Source of the DNA: Macrostomum lignano
Lineage: Eukaryota
Assembly: GCA_002269645.1 (NCBI GenBank)
Contig: NIVC01000290.1
Coordinates: forward strand, 1 to 64,000
DNA length: 64,000 nucleotides
Direction: 5' to 3'
Part shown: positions 31,259 through 45,799 of the stretch, one piece after another
Layout: each line of letters starts with the position of its first letter
How positions within the stretch are numbered: the stretch's first letter is position 1
Notes under the pieces: model-generated
Told to the model about the DNA's origin: nothing
The model's input: only the letters and a program-made list of their open reading frames with translations
The model's database searches: none
Translations under genes and position numbers: made by a program

Positions 31259-31459
31259 CAGCGGTGAAGCCAAGGTGGGGCAAGGCGGGCAGTGCCCCCT
31301 CAATAGACTGGCAAACAAGAAACAATTATGGTGCCCCTTTGGCGCTAATGGTCCTGGTGCTGGCGCCCCTGGTGTTGGCGCCCCTGGTGTTGGCGCCCCT
31401 GGTGTTGGCGCCCCTGGTGCTGGCGCCCCTCCCAATAGAAAGTTTTAGCAACGCCACTG
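31259..31459. mobile_element. Possible degenerate hAT-type MITE
   Basis: Imperfect termini CAGCGGTGAAGC / CAGTGGCGTTGC (rc). The flanking 8-mers match at only 4 of 8 positions. Confidence 0.35.
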
Positions 31460-33239
31460 GCTCAAGTCATAGCATAGGGCATGTATTTTATATTATTTAG
31501 CATTTAAGCATCGCGGCTGCAAGTAAAAAAACGCTAGCCCTACTACTTATTTATGCAATATATGCGGGGGCAGGCTGGCACTTCGGGCCAAGGCCGGCCT
31601 CAAGTTCACTCTGTGGGTCACATGCCTGCCCAGCTGTACACTGTGTGGGTGGCCTGGTACGAGAGGCAGCTGTACACTCCGCCCCGCCTGTGCACGCGGT
31701 ACAGTGGATCGCCTGCAGAAAGCTGGGGAAACAGAAATTTCTAGAGTGGAGACGAGACAGCAGTGAGCAGTCCCTGCGAGCACCGCGGGCGATAGACAGA
31801 CAGGCCTTGCATAAACACTGAGCAGTCAGCAGACAGAATTTGCTTCTAAATGTTTTATCTTTGCAAACCCGATGGCAAGCTAATGTGTAGCCATATGTTA
31901 AACAAAGCAATGACTAATTGCATATGCATGTTGCATTTGAACAGATTTGAGTCAGCGCACTGAGTTATCCTTCCTGCTACAGCAAATGACACTCGTGGCA
32001 TTATGCTTCTGCGACCCATATTATTTCCCAGACTCCCAAGAATGTGAAGCAACTTCTTTCTGCACGCAAGCTCTGCTAGATTGGTTGGATCGAGATGTTG
32101 CAAAAGTTACCCAAGTCGAGATTTCCAGGAAGCTGAGGCGCCGCGTACAAAACTGCTGGATGGGGGGAGGGGCAGGGGGGGGGAAGTGTGTTGTACTTTT
32201 AGTTTCAGCCCAAGAAAACAACTGTGAACCCAGGGAGGGGTATGAATGAGGCCACAGGGTTTTATTCCAGCGGATAGCTTCCCGCTGTTTATAGCAAAAC
32301 TGTTGGGTCGAGTGTGGGGTGGGGTAGGACTGTTTACGCCAGTCCAGGGCCGCCTGAGTCAGAGCCCGTACAGGGGACAGGGACGCTGCTGTTGCTAAAA
32401 ATAGCGCAACGAAAAACAAGCCTCCAAAGCCTTGGGTTAAAAGTACAACCGGGCAATGTTTTGAGATGAAGAGTAAAAGTGAGCGTTGCAGTTTCTTTGC
32501 TGGGCCACAGGTGATAATTACTGATTACTTCATAATCATATTGAAGATTACTCCGTAATCTTAGCCATCGATCAAGAGCTGCTTGGCGTAGAGCAGCCCG
32601 ATTAAGAATTAAAGATTTACTCATTTGCCCAGGTCACGAGTTTCTGGCCGCTTCATTCAGTCTTTGCCCGACCCGCCTGCGCAAAGCGAACCAACGAAGA
32701 TTGCAGATCAGATAAGAAGGCAATGGCATCGCATCTGTCATTTCGTGTACTTTTCAATGTGAGCTCGAGAGTTCAACAGTTTAAGTTGCTTGTGTGTAAC
32801 TGTCATTATCGAGCTGAGCTTCAGTGAAATAAAAAGTGCTCAGTAATCAGTTCAAGTATATCGCAGCATGGCTTGCGACTGCAATAAAAACATGTTTTGA
32901 TTTTGACCCTCAGCAGCGCAATCGGGCTTGAGCCTCGACTTCTCAAGAAGCTAAAATTTTTTTTGCTGTTTATTATGCGATGCAGGGACGGGCTGGGTTA
33001 CCATTCTCTCCTGTGAGTCACTGTGAGCTCTGCTAGGCTCACTGCTCACTCCGTTTTTAATAATGAACTCACATTGTTTACAAACACCCAATTTTGCCTG
33101 CTGCAGATACAGAGAGACGCATTAGTTAATTCCAGTAAGGTTTGTTTGTCTTCCATCCAGATTGCTTAGGCTGTATTCGAACTTAGATGGCAGAGGATCA
33201 CTGACCTCCAGATGACGGGGGGCGGGGCGGAAGCGTCCA

Positions 33240-33915
33240 ACTGAAGAACAGGGGCAGGTCTCAGGAGCCGCCTGAAGAACAGGGGCAGGTCTCAGGAGCC
33301 GCCTGAAGAACAGGGGCAGGTCTCAGGAGCCGCCTGAAGAACAGGGGCAGGACTCAGGAGCCGCCTGAAGAACAGGGGCAGGTCTCAGGAGCCGCCTGAA
33401 GAACAGGGGCAGGACTCAGGAGCCGCCTGAAGAACAGGGGCAGGTCTCAGGAGCCACCTGAAGAACAGATGCAGGACTCAGGAGCCGCCTGAAGAACAGA
33501 TGCAGGACTCAGGAGCCACCTGAAGAACAGATGCAGGACTCAGGAGCCGCCTGAAGAACAGGGGCCAGGACTCAGGAGCCGCCTGAAGAACAGGGGCCAG
33601 GACTCAGGAGCCGCCTGAAGAACAGGGGCCAGGACTCAGGAGCCACCTGAAAAACAGGGGCCAGGACTCAGGAGCCACCTGAAGAACAGGGGCCAGGACT
33701 CAGGAGCCACCTGAAGAACAGGGGCAGGTCTCAGGAGCCGCCTGAAGAACAGGGGCAGGTCTCAGAAGCCACCTGAAGAACAGGGGCAGGACTCAGGAGC
33801 CGCCTGAAGAACAGGGGCAGGACTCAGGAGCCGCCTGAAGAACAGGGGCAGGTCTCAGGAGCCGTCTGAAGAACAGGGGCAGGTCTCAGAAGCCACCTGA
33901 AGAACAGGGGCAGGA
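33240..33915. repeat. 31-32-bp minisatellite (ctgaagaacaggggcaggtctcaggagccgc)n
   Basis: Direct inspection. Confidence 0.95.
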
Positions 33916-35569
33916 CAGGTTACCTTAAAGAACATGCAAGGGACAGCGGTGCCAGCGGCCAGCTAAAAATAACAGGGCCCATCTAAATAACAGGGGACAG
34001 TGGCCACATGATGAACAGGGAGAGCATGGAAACAGCGGAACTCATAAAATTAAAACTAGTTACTATGCTTAAGCAGACTGAACTCCTCACCAAATGCTAG
34101 CTAGAACTCACTAAAAGTCCTTGAATGGCCAGATTTAACAGATCTGTATGACCCGAAGCCCCTATCAGGTCGCACCCTGATACGGACCGGCCGGGCTGTC
34201 AAAGCATGTTTGCTCGATACAGAATAAGAAACTGTGACACCCAAACCGTGAATGATAACAGGTGTTTATGCAAGACAGCTATTTATAGCCACAGCAGGTG
34301 GCCTACGGATAAACAAAAGAAAGCAATGGAAAAACAAGCGGTTGAATTTAGAGCGCAAATGAAAAGCTGTGGCAGCCAGGGGGCCATTGCTTTGTTATTT
34401 ATCTTGAATAGCCAAAGCAGTCTACATAAATATCTAAATAGAAATTTATAAATATTAATTGTTGTGCATTTGTGCAGAAATCTACACGCCTCAAAAGCGC
34501 CGAGAAGAAACAAAATAGAGCAGAATTATCAACTAGAGTTAAACACGGGGTCAGATGGGGCCAGACTGTGGGGATTACAATGGAGCTGGATGAAATAAAC
34601 ACGGTGAGGTGACAGCAGGCGGCATGTCAGATTGGGCGCCCCCCTCCCGGTAATCACAAGCCAGCAGCAGTTCAACCAATCCACCAGTTTGCCTTGGCAA
34701 CGGGGGCAGTCGGTCCTGGATACGGGTGCAAATAGTCAGCTGAAAAAATCTAAGCAAAACAGAACTTCCCGATGAGGTCAGTGAGAACAATGACCTGCAG
34801 GCGAGTTTTACAGGTGAAATTGAAAAGACTTCATTAATTAGCAGTGAGCTGGTAACGAAATTTTTAAAACGCAACCGCCGCAAAATAAACAAAAATGACG
34901 CCGCAGAGAAGCCGGTAAACAAAACAGCCTGGGAAGGGGCGGGACAATTGGTGAATGCCTATCTGCTTGCTCAATGCTAGCTCTCTAAGGCGCAACAGTG
35001 TGATCTCTCAAGTTCTCGAAGCAATTATCTTCTTGGAGTTGCAGAAATTTTTGTTGTAAAGAAAAAAAATCTAGTACAATCACATCTTCTAATAAACTTC
35101 CTCTACGGCCAGGCAATTGGGGAGCATCGAAAATAAAGTATGATTTCTGAGGAAAAAACTGGGGAAAGCGGCGACTCTGCAATGCGGGAGCTCTGTGGGA
35201 AACTCTGCAACAGACAAAAATCACCAGGACTCAAAAAATGGCCTATGCTTGATGACGCTAATGGCTCAATGATCAATAATGTACAGCGGAGACGGCGGTA
35301 TAGGAGGCTGGGGTAGCCGGAAAAATACAAATTTCGGAGCAGATGAAGAATGAAGACGAAATTATTGTTTATAAAAACAGGTGCATGTTAAGGTGGCGGG
35401 TTGAAGGTCATGATGATATTGGTTACTGCAGAGACGGGCCAGATGACACAAGCAGTACAGGGCTTCATAGTTGCAACAGCCCAACCTAACCTACTAATGG
35501 ACTAATCAAGTCAGGTCATAACCGTAATAACTAAAAAATCCCACTCGACAACCACTGACCGAGCCGGCA

Positions 35570-38226
35570 TCACATCCAGCCATTGACTCCGCCGTCTGCG
35601 GGCAGCACGGGGTCCTCGCTATGGGACTTGGACTTGGGCAGCAGGTCCAGGCCGTCCAGGTCCAGGCCGAATAGGAACTGGCGCTGCTCGGACTGCGGCT
35701 GCTGTTTCTGCTGCTGCTGCCGGTGGTGCTGCGCCACCGAGTGCGCGTCCACCGAGTAGCGCCGGTCGGCCATCAGCTGCATCGGCGGCGGCGGCACCGA
35801 GGTTGGCGGAAGGCCGCCGAAGAGAACGCCGTCCCACACGGCTGGAGGCGGACCGCCCTCTTGCCAGAGCCGCTTCAACTCGGCCAGCGACTTCGCATCG
35901 GCGGAGGCGGCAGCGGCGGCGCCTTCATCAGCGGTCTGTTGGGAGAGCGCGGTTGCTATGGTGACGCTGGCCGGCGCGGAGCCGCGGCGCTGCGTGTCTT
36001 CGGCCTGTCTGCGCGCATGGAACTCGTGAACCAGCCGAGCGGCCTCTGGCGACGGCTCCAACTCGGGGTCCAGCCACAGGCCCTGGCAGCGCAGGCTGAC
36101 ATACTCGCAGATGAGCTGCTTGGCAAAGCGAACCCGCTCTCTGGTGCCGCAGATTGTGAAATGCGTCTGCGGCGACGGCAGGCCCGGGATCGATTCCTGC
36201 TTGCGCGGCGTGGCGATGTGCGTGTCAGACAGCTGCTGCACCCAGCGGATGGTCTGGCCAGAGGCGCCAACGATTAGGCCGACCTTGTCCTGCTCCACAT
36301 ACAGCCGGTCCTCGGTGCGGTTGGGCTCGATGCGGCTCAGGCGCTCCTGCTGCACCTTGCTGAAGTGCTCGCTCATCTGCAGGATGATGCGCTTGGCCTG
36401 CAGTGGTGCGGGATGGACACGTCAGAGTAGGTCAGCATGAAGGGTGGCAAAGCAACAGCTAATGGCTACTAAGCAATTCACTGCAACATACCTCGCCAAG
36501 TTTCTCAGGCATTCCAGTAATCTCAAACACTGGCAACTCGTCACGAGCTGGCGTCTTCACCCACACCTTGAGCTGCTCACGCAGGTGCCTGATTCTCTGG
36601 CCTAGAAGTGGCAAATAGAATAGGGTAGGATGAAAATGTAATTGATGAATGTTACATATCGATTCCAATGAATTAAAACATATTTTATTTCATTGGAATA
36701 AAAAAATGATGCATTGAAATTTAGATTTTTAAGTATGACTAGAGCTATCTTAGCAATAGACAGGGGCATAAGGAGGGGGGATAGGGGGATGCATCCCCCC
36801 AAAGAGCCTGACCAAAACTTTTTTGTTGCCCTTTGTTGCTATACATGCTACCATGTGACTGTCATAGCACTTACCTTGGTGTAACCCCCCATAAAAATTC
36901 ACCTTGGTGTATCCCCCTATAGTAAATTCCTGGCTATGCCTCTGGCAATAGATTATTATTTAGCTAGACAACGCTAGTAAATAATAAAATCAAAATTAGA
37001 CACATTTGCTTTAAAACTTATCAAACAAAAAGTTTACCATCAATTTAACTTCTTGCAATTTTTTGCAATATATAAATTGTTTTAAATAAGATATATTGGC
37101 ATATGTAAGTGTATATCATAACTTAGAAATTTTAAATATTTAGTATAGTATAATAAGCTTTTCTTAGTTAAAAAATCTATTTAGTTGCCTTTGTTAAACA
37201 GATATTTTATATTTTATCAAATCAATAATTCTAATAATCGATTAGGCTTTTAGAATAATAAATATATATATTACATAATTATAAAAAATATACCAGGTCT
37301 AAATATAGATAGTAGTGCAACTAGACTAAAGCATAGAGTATTAGAAGTAAATTCAATCATGTATTAAAAATATGGCTAAATCACAAATTTAAATATTTTA
37401 AAATTTAAATTATACTAATATTAATTAAACTATCAATATCATACATCTATATTTTTATAAATTATAACATAAGATCTATAAAATTTCAAGATAGAAAGTA
37501 CTTACCATTCTTGCCAACAATCTCAGCAACATGATCTGATGAGGGTACTTGGATTCTTTCCGTCATAGTTAGTTTTGGTTCTTTATTCTCTCCAATAGCA
37601 GAAGGGCTAATTGTAGCTGCCATTCTTTTTAAGAAATCTGATTGCATTTCTTCATCTTGCAATCCAAGTTTCATTTGCTCATCAAATCGTCTTGTTAGCT
37701 CAGACATGGCGCATTGGTCCTTACTCTGTTGAGTTGGCTGAACTTTCTGGTCTAGGATAGAAGCAGATTGAATACAGTCAGCATTTCTTCCAGTGGCAGA
37801 AAACGAGAGTTCATTATCTAAGCGATTAGACAACAGTGAACGCGGCTTCTGCTTTTGATCAAATGCTTCGCCAGTCTTGAAAGTGGGACTGCCATTAGAC
37901 AGCGAGCCCAATAACCACTGGCACTGATCTTTCCCAATGCCTGATCCATTGGTATTGTAGCACGACTTGAGCTCAGAAATAAACGCAGCTTGATCGGATC
38001 CACTTCCACTATTTGAGCGACGTGAAACCGACAATACGGAAGTTAAAGCGTCAGAATTTGACTCCGTCTTGGGCAAATCTGTTGTTTGCAATGCACTAAA
38101 AAAGTCGTCGGCCAACGAATATCTGCAATTCGACGACACAGGTGTGTTTGGTGAAAACGATGATAGACAACCATTGACAGAACCAGATGGGAACTTGAAT
38201 GTGCTCTCAAGCACGGACTCAGACAT
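35570..38226 (-). CDS. MEX3: MEX-3-like tandem KH RNA-binding protein. Exons 38226-37506, 36601-36492, 36397-35570 (~552 aa)
   Basis: MTERIQVPSSDHVAEIVGKNG|QRIRHLR...VKTPARDELPVFEITG matches MEX3 KH1 (VPSSEHVAEIVGRQG...KTPVRGEEPVF). KH2 is VGLIVGASGQTIRWVQQ. Splice phases 1 and 0 are consistent. No RING is visible. Confidence 0.88.
36761..36944. mobile_element. Non-autonomous hAT-type MITE (184 bp) in MEX-3 intron 1
   Basis: TIRs CAGGGGCATA / CAGAGGCATA (rc). Perfect 8-bp TSD GCAATAGA (36753-36760, 36945-36952). Confidence 0.85.
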
Positions 38227-39320
38227 AGCTGTCAGTTGAAACAAATGAAAAGCACTAGCATTAAAGGCAAAGCCTTTAAGATATGAATGAGTTACGAAAA
38301 CGCAAATCGTGCAAGACACGCATGTCTAGCGCGTGCAAAATGAATGCGTTATATTGAACAAAATATTCTTAGATAAACTGTTTTAACAAAATTTAGATAA
38401 ATTAGACTTTTTATAACGTAATAGCAAAAACGTTTTTCGCTCTAAAAAGCCTTTTTATTTTATCCTTACAATATTTTTATTTTCTTTTAAATAAATTAAA
38501 CTACTCTCGGAACAAAATGAACTGAATATTTTGTTAGAAACAGTTCTTCACAGTTTCATAGAAACATAGAAACAGTTTCAGTTTCACCTACACCTTACCT
38601 TAACCTACTGGCTACTTTAGACTCGAGAACTACTCCAAGTTGTTCAATGTTATTCAATCAATGATGCAAATGTTTACAAGTAAAATTCAAATCGCACTTT
38701 ACCATAAAGTTTTAGGTGATTTTATTTTGATCTTTTTAAATGTGAGCTAAAATAAATCTAGCCTAGGCTATAAATATAGGCTAGGCTAGATCTGATCTGT
38801 TATTTTAACCTTTGATTTAATTCAAATTTTACCTGCCTTTTTAGTGCTATTGTGCACTAGTGCTTTAGCTATGCATCAGCATTTGTCAAGGGCAGTGACT
38901 ACTCGTCCAGTATCGGATAAATAACATAACTATTATTTGTCTGGTATACCAGATAAATAATTAATAACAGTGAAGTTTTTCATCCGGCACAGTACGGACG
39001 TGGATATATAATAAAAACTTGCAAAATACAGGGAATACTAAAAAAAGTAGTATATAGTTCACTTTTAGGCTAGAAAGCAGAAAATATTTGTTATGATTAG
39101 ATAGTGCTGTTTCTCATGCTATCCAGTATTAACCAGATAAATAGGGAAACATGGCTATTATCCAGTAACCAGACAAATAACCAACCATATTGCTATTTGT
39201 CTGGTTACTGGACAAATAACAACTGCCTTAGATTTATTCTTCATTTAGAATTTTTGAGTTTGTTATTTTCAAGCTGCTATCTCAAATGGCTATCTAATTT
39301 GACTTTGTCTTTATTTTGAT

Positions 39321-41119
<1,799 letters not shown>

Positions 41120-41818
41120 TATTTTAATATCATAAATGAAACCATCAAAATGCCTTTTTTGAATGATCTCAGTAAAATATATATTTTTGTCAAATTTATA
41201 ATTATAGTTTTATAAACTTATAATATTAAAAGGATAAAGGCAAAAAAGACCAATTTGTTATCTTATGCTACAGTGTATGTATTTTGAAACATAAGCAATG
41301 TTGTTTAACTATATTGGTAACAAATTTATTATCAAATGAAAAATGCCTACATAGAAAAGTCAGTTATAGACTGTTGCTCAGAGTCATTCGTTGATTTTTT
41401 CAGGCTCAGCCTCAATTACTGATTCGCTGTGCTCTGCGTAGCAGCAGCCTCACATCCAGCAGGCCTCCGAGCAGCTCCAGACACTGGCTAGACCCCATCG
41501 GGGCTGGCCGCCAGTGCTGGACTGTCAGGCGTGGGGTGGAAGGTCCGTTGGCCACGGACACGAAAGCTGGAATTCCGGCCCCTCTGCTGGGGTTGACCCT
41601 GGTGGACCTGGTGGCAGGCTCACCGACATGCCCTCTGCACACTCACGCGGCGACGCGGTGGTGCAAGGCCCCTGTCCTATGGTGAGCGGGGCATTGACGG
41701 CTGGCTGTGCCATGTTGCAGTCAGACCGTTCCCGTAGGCCCATTGACCAGGTGACCCAGCGGGGCCGGCATCAACAACAACAACAACAGCTGCAGCAGCA
41801 GCTCCAGTTTCTCTTGCA

Positions 41819-43058
41819 ATGCTGATGCACCAGAGTGCATTACCACGCATTGCCCCTGTTGCTATGGCAACCATGCACCGCCGCTTTGGCATCTCGGCCG
41901 CCCTGCTGAAGGCCAAGAAGAAGACCCAGCAACAGAAGCAGGCAGCTTCTGCTCCCGCCGCTGCTGCCACCGAGATTGTCAGCAACCCGGAACTGCTGGA
42001 GCGGCTGGAGTTGGACAAGCTGACGGCCAGAGGGCAGGCCGAGCTGGCCAGCTTCAAGGAGCTGCTGTTCCGCAACCTGCGGCTGCAGATCACCGCGGAT
42101 GTCCTGCATGACATTGAGGTGGGCTGTTGAAATTTCGTTTCTTGGAAAATATTTTGAAGGCTGGCTTCGCGCGAAAAATATTGCATGTGAATATCCCTGT
42201 TCTTCACACGGCCTGATGCCAATTTTGTCAGGAAATTAATCCCTGTTCTTCACACGGCCTGATGCCAATTTTGTCAGGAAATTAATCCCTGTTCTTCACA
42301 CGGCCTGATGCCAATTTTGTCAGGAAATTAATCCCTGTTCTTCACACGGCCTGATGCCAATTTTAAATTTGAATTTGCGTCCCCGCACTGAAGCCGCGCG
42401 AGTTCCCCCTGCTTCCTGTAAATAAACAGTTGTCGCTGTTTTGAAAATGAAAACTGCAGCTCCCATATTCTACAGCGTATTTTTGCATAAAGTCAGTCTT
42501 CAGATTTTTTAAGAAGCGAGAGTTCTCTTCACTATTCAATCCGTCTTGCTACATCTCCGATAGAGGCTGAGGCAGTTAATCCGCCAACCCGATCGCCCCT
42601 CCCAGGTGAGCACCGGCAGCGGCCGGGTGCCTCTCGGCAGTCTGGCCGACGTCTATCAGAAGTCCTCGGACACTGTAGTCCTTGACCTGACAGCCAACCG
42701 GTCCGCAGTGCCGGCCGTCAGACAGGCCCTGGCGTTGAAGGGCTTCAACGGCCGGGAGCAGGCGGCCGACGCCGACTGCCTGACTGTGAGCCTCCCGCGC
42801 GTCACTGGCGAGCACCGGCGCCGTCTGGCGACCAACGGGCGCGAGCTGCTGCACCGCGCCAAGCTCGCCACCAAGCGGCTGCACGACAGCGCTACCAAGC
42901 GGCTGAAGGAGGCGGAACGGGTCGGGCACTACTCCAAAGATGACCTGCGCGCCTGCCAGCAGCTGCTGGTGGCTGAAATCAAGCGGGCCAACGCGCAGCT
43001 GGACTCCGCCTGGGCTGCCAAGGAGAAGGAGCTGCTCGGCACCGGCACCAGCGACTGA
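41819..43058 (+). CDS. MRRF: Mitochondrial ribosome recycling factor. Exons 41819-42118, 42606-43058 (~250 aa)
   Basis: Basic presequence-like N-terminus ending LLKAKKK; VPLGSLADV; LTVSLPRVTGEHRRRL; SKDD...LDSAWAAKEKELLG matches the RRF C-terminus. Phase-0 intron. The start is uncertain. Confidence 0.85.
42193..42365. repeat. 46-bp unit x~3.7 in the MRRF intron
   Basis: Unit starts at 42193, 42239, 42285, 42331; no spacers. Confidence 0.95.
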
Positions 43059-43099
43059 AGTTAAATGCTTTGTGACCGGCTCGGCCCGTTCACTGCCTG

Positions 43100-43650
43100 C
43101 TTCCCGACTGGTAGCTTCCCGATTGGTAGCTTCCCGACTGGTGGCTTCCCGATTGGTAGCTTCCCGACTGGTAGCTTCCCGATTGGTGGCTTCCCGATTG
43201 GTAGCTTCCCGACTGGTAGCTTCCCGACTGGTAGCTTCCCGATTGGTAGCTTCCCGACTGGTAGCTTCCCGATTGGTGGCTTCCCGATTGGTGGCTTCCC
43301 GATTGGTAGCTTCCCGATTGGTAGCTTCCCGAGTAGTACCTTCGGGACTGGTAGCTTTCTAATGACTGGTAGCTTCCTAATGACGGGTAGCTTCCCAATG
43401 ACTGGTCTCTTCCCAATGACTTGTAGCTTCCCAATGACTGGTCTCTTCCCAATGACTGGTCTCTTCCCAATGACTGGTCTCTTCCCAATGACTGGTCTCT
43501 TCCCAATGACTGGTCTCTTCCCAATGACTTGTAGCTTCCCAATGACTGGTCTCTTTCCAATGACTGGTCTCTTCCCAATGACTGGTCTCTTCCCAATGAC
43601 TGGTCTCTTCCCAATGACTTGTAGCTTCCCAATGACTGGTAGCTTCCTAT
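43100..43650. repeat. 15-bp (ggtagcttcccgact)n grading into an 18-bp (atgactggtctcttccca)n array after the MRRF stop
   Basis: Direct inspection; the two units are related. Confidence 0.95.
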
Positions 43651-44288
43651 TGACGAGCTCCGTGTTTGCCTAGTTGCTTGTCAGTCAATTATGTGCTTAA
43701 CAAGATGCCTACATGTAGTTACGTGTCTATCTTATCTTTTTCACTCATCTGCTTGTTACAGTAGAAATAAAAGAATACTTTGAATAACCGCTCTGAAGGC
43801 TGTTAGTAGTATGCCTCCGTTCGCGGTGCATTTTTTAGGACAGAAAATTCTATTGCGAAATGCTTACTGTTAATCGCTGAGTCTCTTGAGTAAAAAATTA
43901 ATCGTTAATTGATTGCGCCAAGGCTTCGAAAGAATTTTGTTTGAATTTTAGCAAACTTGGCACTAGCAAAAATCAATCTGGAGATTTCACGGGCAGCACA
44001 TCGCTATTTATATTTGAACAGAGCGGAATAGGCGAAGTCTGGAACAGAGCAAATGTGGGTACAGTAATGTGCAAAATGCATGAGCTCCTTTGCTAAGAGA
44101 TGAGTAGATAACTAAACAGATAAAACATTCAACCGTGCGGGTAGTACCTGTACTTCGAGTATACCAAATGGTAAAATGATTTAATTACATGCACAAAGCG
44201 CTTGGCTAAAAATATTCCGGGTCAGTTTTAATCAAACTCGAATTTCATGTAGCTGTGCTCGCTAAGCTCATTAGCTACTGACTGCATA

Positions 44289-45799
44289 CTACTGTTCAAC
44301 AGCATTGGCAGTAGTATGCAGCAGTTTCTGTTTGCTTTGCCGACGCTGCCGGTGCCCGATCGCTGAATCCGCGGCGCCGTAGTAGGCCTCGGCCACGTGA
44401 TCTCGCAGGCTGTCCAGAGCGCGAGCCGCCTCGGCCGGCCGCCAGACGGGCTCGGCGACTCCCTGGCCGCAGCCACCGCTGGCCGAGCCGCAGCGCCGGG
44501 TGTACAACTTCAGCCAGATCTGCCCAGTGTTCGTGGCGTCGTTCTTGTAGATCCAGAAAACCGCGTGGCCGGTGGCCTTCGAGCTGTTGCCGCAGGTCTG
44601 CAACGATTTACGAGCGTAAATTTAATTTGCTGTGTATACTACTCTTCAATTATTAGTAGTAGCTAATACATTGTGTGCGTAAATTCCTTATTTTGTCAGA
44701 GCTATGCTTAGAAATCGACTTGGAGAATTTTAATTGCGCAATGGCACGCAATATTGGAAGCTGTGGTGCTGAAAATTCGCTAAAATGCAGAACCACCCTC
44801 CACCCCCTTCGGTCATACATGCGCAACCTCTCCCTGATTTACACCGGCCGTGCGACTTAATTTTTGACCAAAAATGCGACAATTGACTATAGAGGAATTA
44901 ACGTAATTTTTGGTAAACGGCAAGAGTAACTATAATAACTGCATTACTAACCCTAAATGCCTTGATATCTAATTAGTATTTTTGCGACTTACCTTGGCTA
45001 GACCTCTCGCCAATCGGCCGGGTCGTGTATGCCCTTGGGTCTTTACGCTGGAGAATCCCCCCCCTCAACAAATTTCTGGTGGGCCGGACTGACTCGCAAA
45101 AGGCACTCTATAACGTTATGCCCGCTAGAAAGTGGGCGATTGAATGCGGTAAGATCTGAGCAAGTTGATCAGCGCGGGTTGTCAACTCACCCTGCAGACG
45201 AACTGCACATCAGCCGATTGGTCCTGCCTGTAGCGCCACACGTTCCTGGCCACGCCGCTGTTGTGCAGGTCCGGCGGCTCCGACACGATCTGCAGGTGCC
45301 AGGAGCCGCTGGAGAAGCTGCTGAATGCTGTCAGGAATTTGTCTCGCCAGGCTGCCAAATCTAACTGCGGCTGCTGCGGCATGACTGCCGGTGTGGCTGG
45401 GTAGGCTGCCTGCTGGAACTGTGGCGGGTGCTGCAGCACCGGCGAGTATTGCAGCTGGTACTGCGGCGGGTACTGCAGTGGCGAGTACTGCGGTGGCGAG
45501 TACTGCAGCTGGTAGTGCTGGGGCTGGTAGGGGCTCGGCTGCTGGTAGATTGCGGGTGGTGCGCTGCTGGCGCTGCCAGGCGGAGAGCTGCCAGGATAAG
45601 AGCCCGAGGCGTCGCTGTCGTAGCCTCTGTCAAATCGGCCGGACGAATTCGGCGATATCATCACCGGGGTGAACTGCAGGAAGCCTGCTGGGGCTCGGCT
45701 GGACTCAAATGATGCAGTTGATGGCGCCATCTGCTGACAGTTAACGAATAGCTGTTGTTGTGGCGGTAGGTGCGCTAGCATTTTGCCTGTATTGTGCAT
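44289..45799 (-). CDS. 3CxxC-type (RTP/ZAR1-like) zinc-binding domain protein with a Q/P/Y/S-rich N-terminus. Exons 45799-45191, 44597-44289 (305 aa)
   Basis: Phase-0 splice creates VQFVCR|TCGNS (F-x-CxxC), then HAVFWIY...GQIWLKLYTRRC(x6)C..VAEPVW...L......YY, which follows the zf-3CxxC pattern by eye. The third Cys pair is not in frame. Confidence 0.6.

Noticed and set aside
34575-34980. Protein-like stretch (ELPDEVSENNDLQ...KRNRRKINK) on the + strand
   Set aside because: No start, splice or family support; it could be a decayed transposon fragment.
36950-37480. Extremely AT-rich island in MEX-3 intron 1, considered as an organellar or foreign insert
   Set aside because: No tRNA, rRNA or mitochondrial ORF features are recognisable; treated as ordinary AT-rich intron.
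41514-41825. Gln-rich ORF upstream of MRRF
   Set aside because: It stops at 41825 in a different frame, has no homology, and MRRF is complete without it.
42193-42365. CRISPR-like regular repeats (46-bp, 28-36-bp arrays)
   Set aside because: Units are head-to-tail with no unique spacers, there are no cas genes, and the context is eukaryotic.
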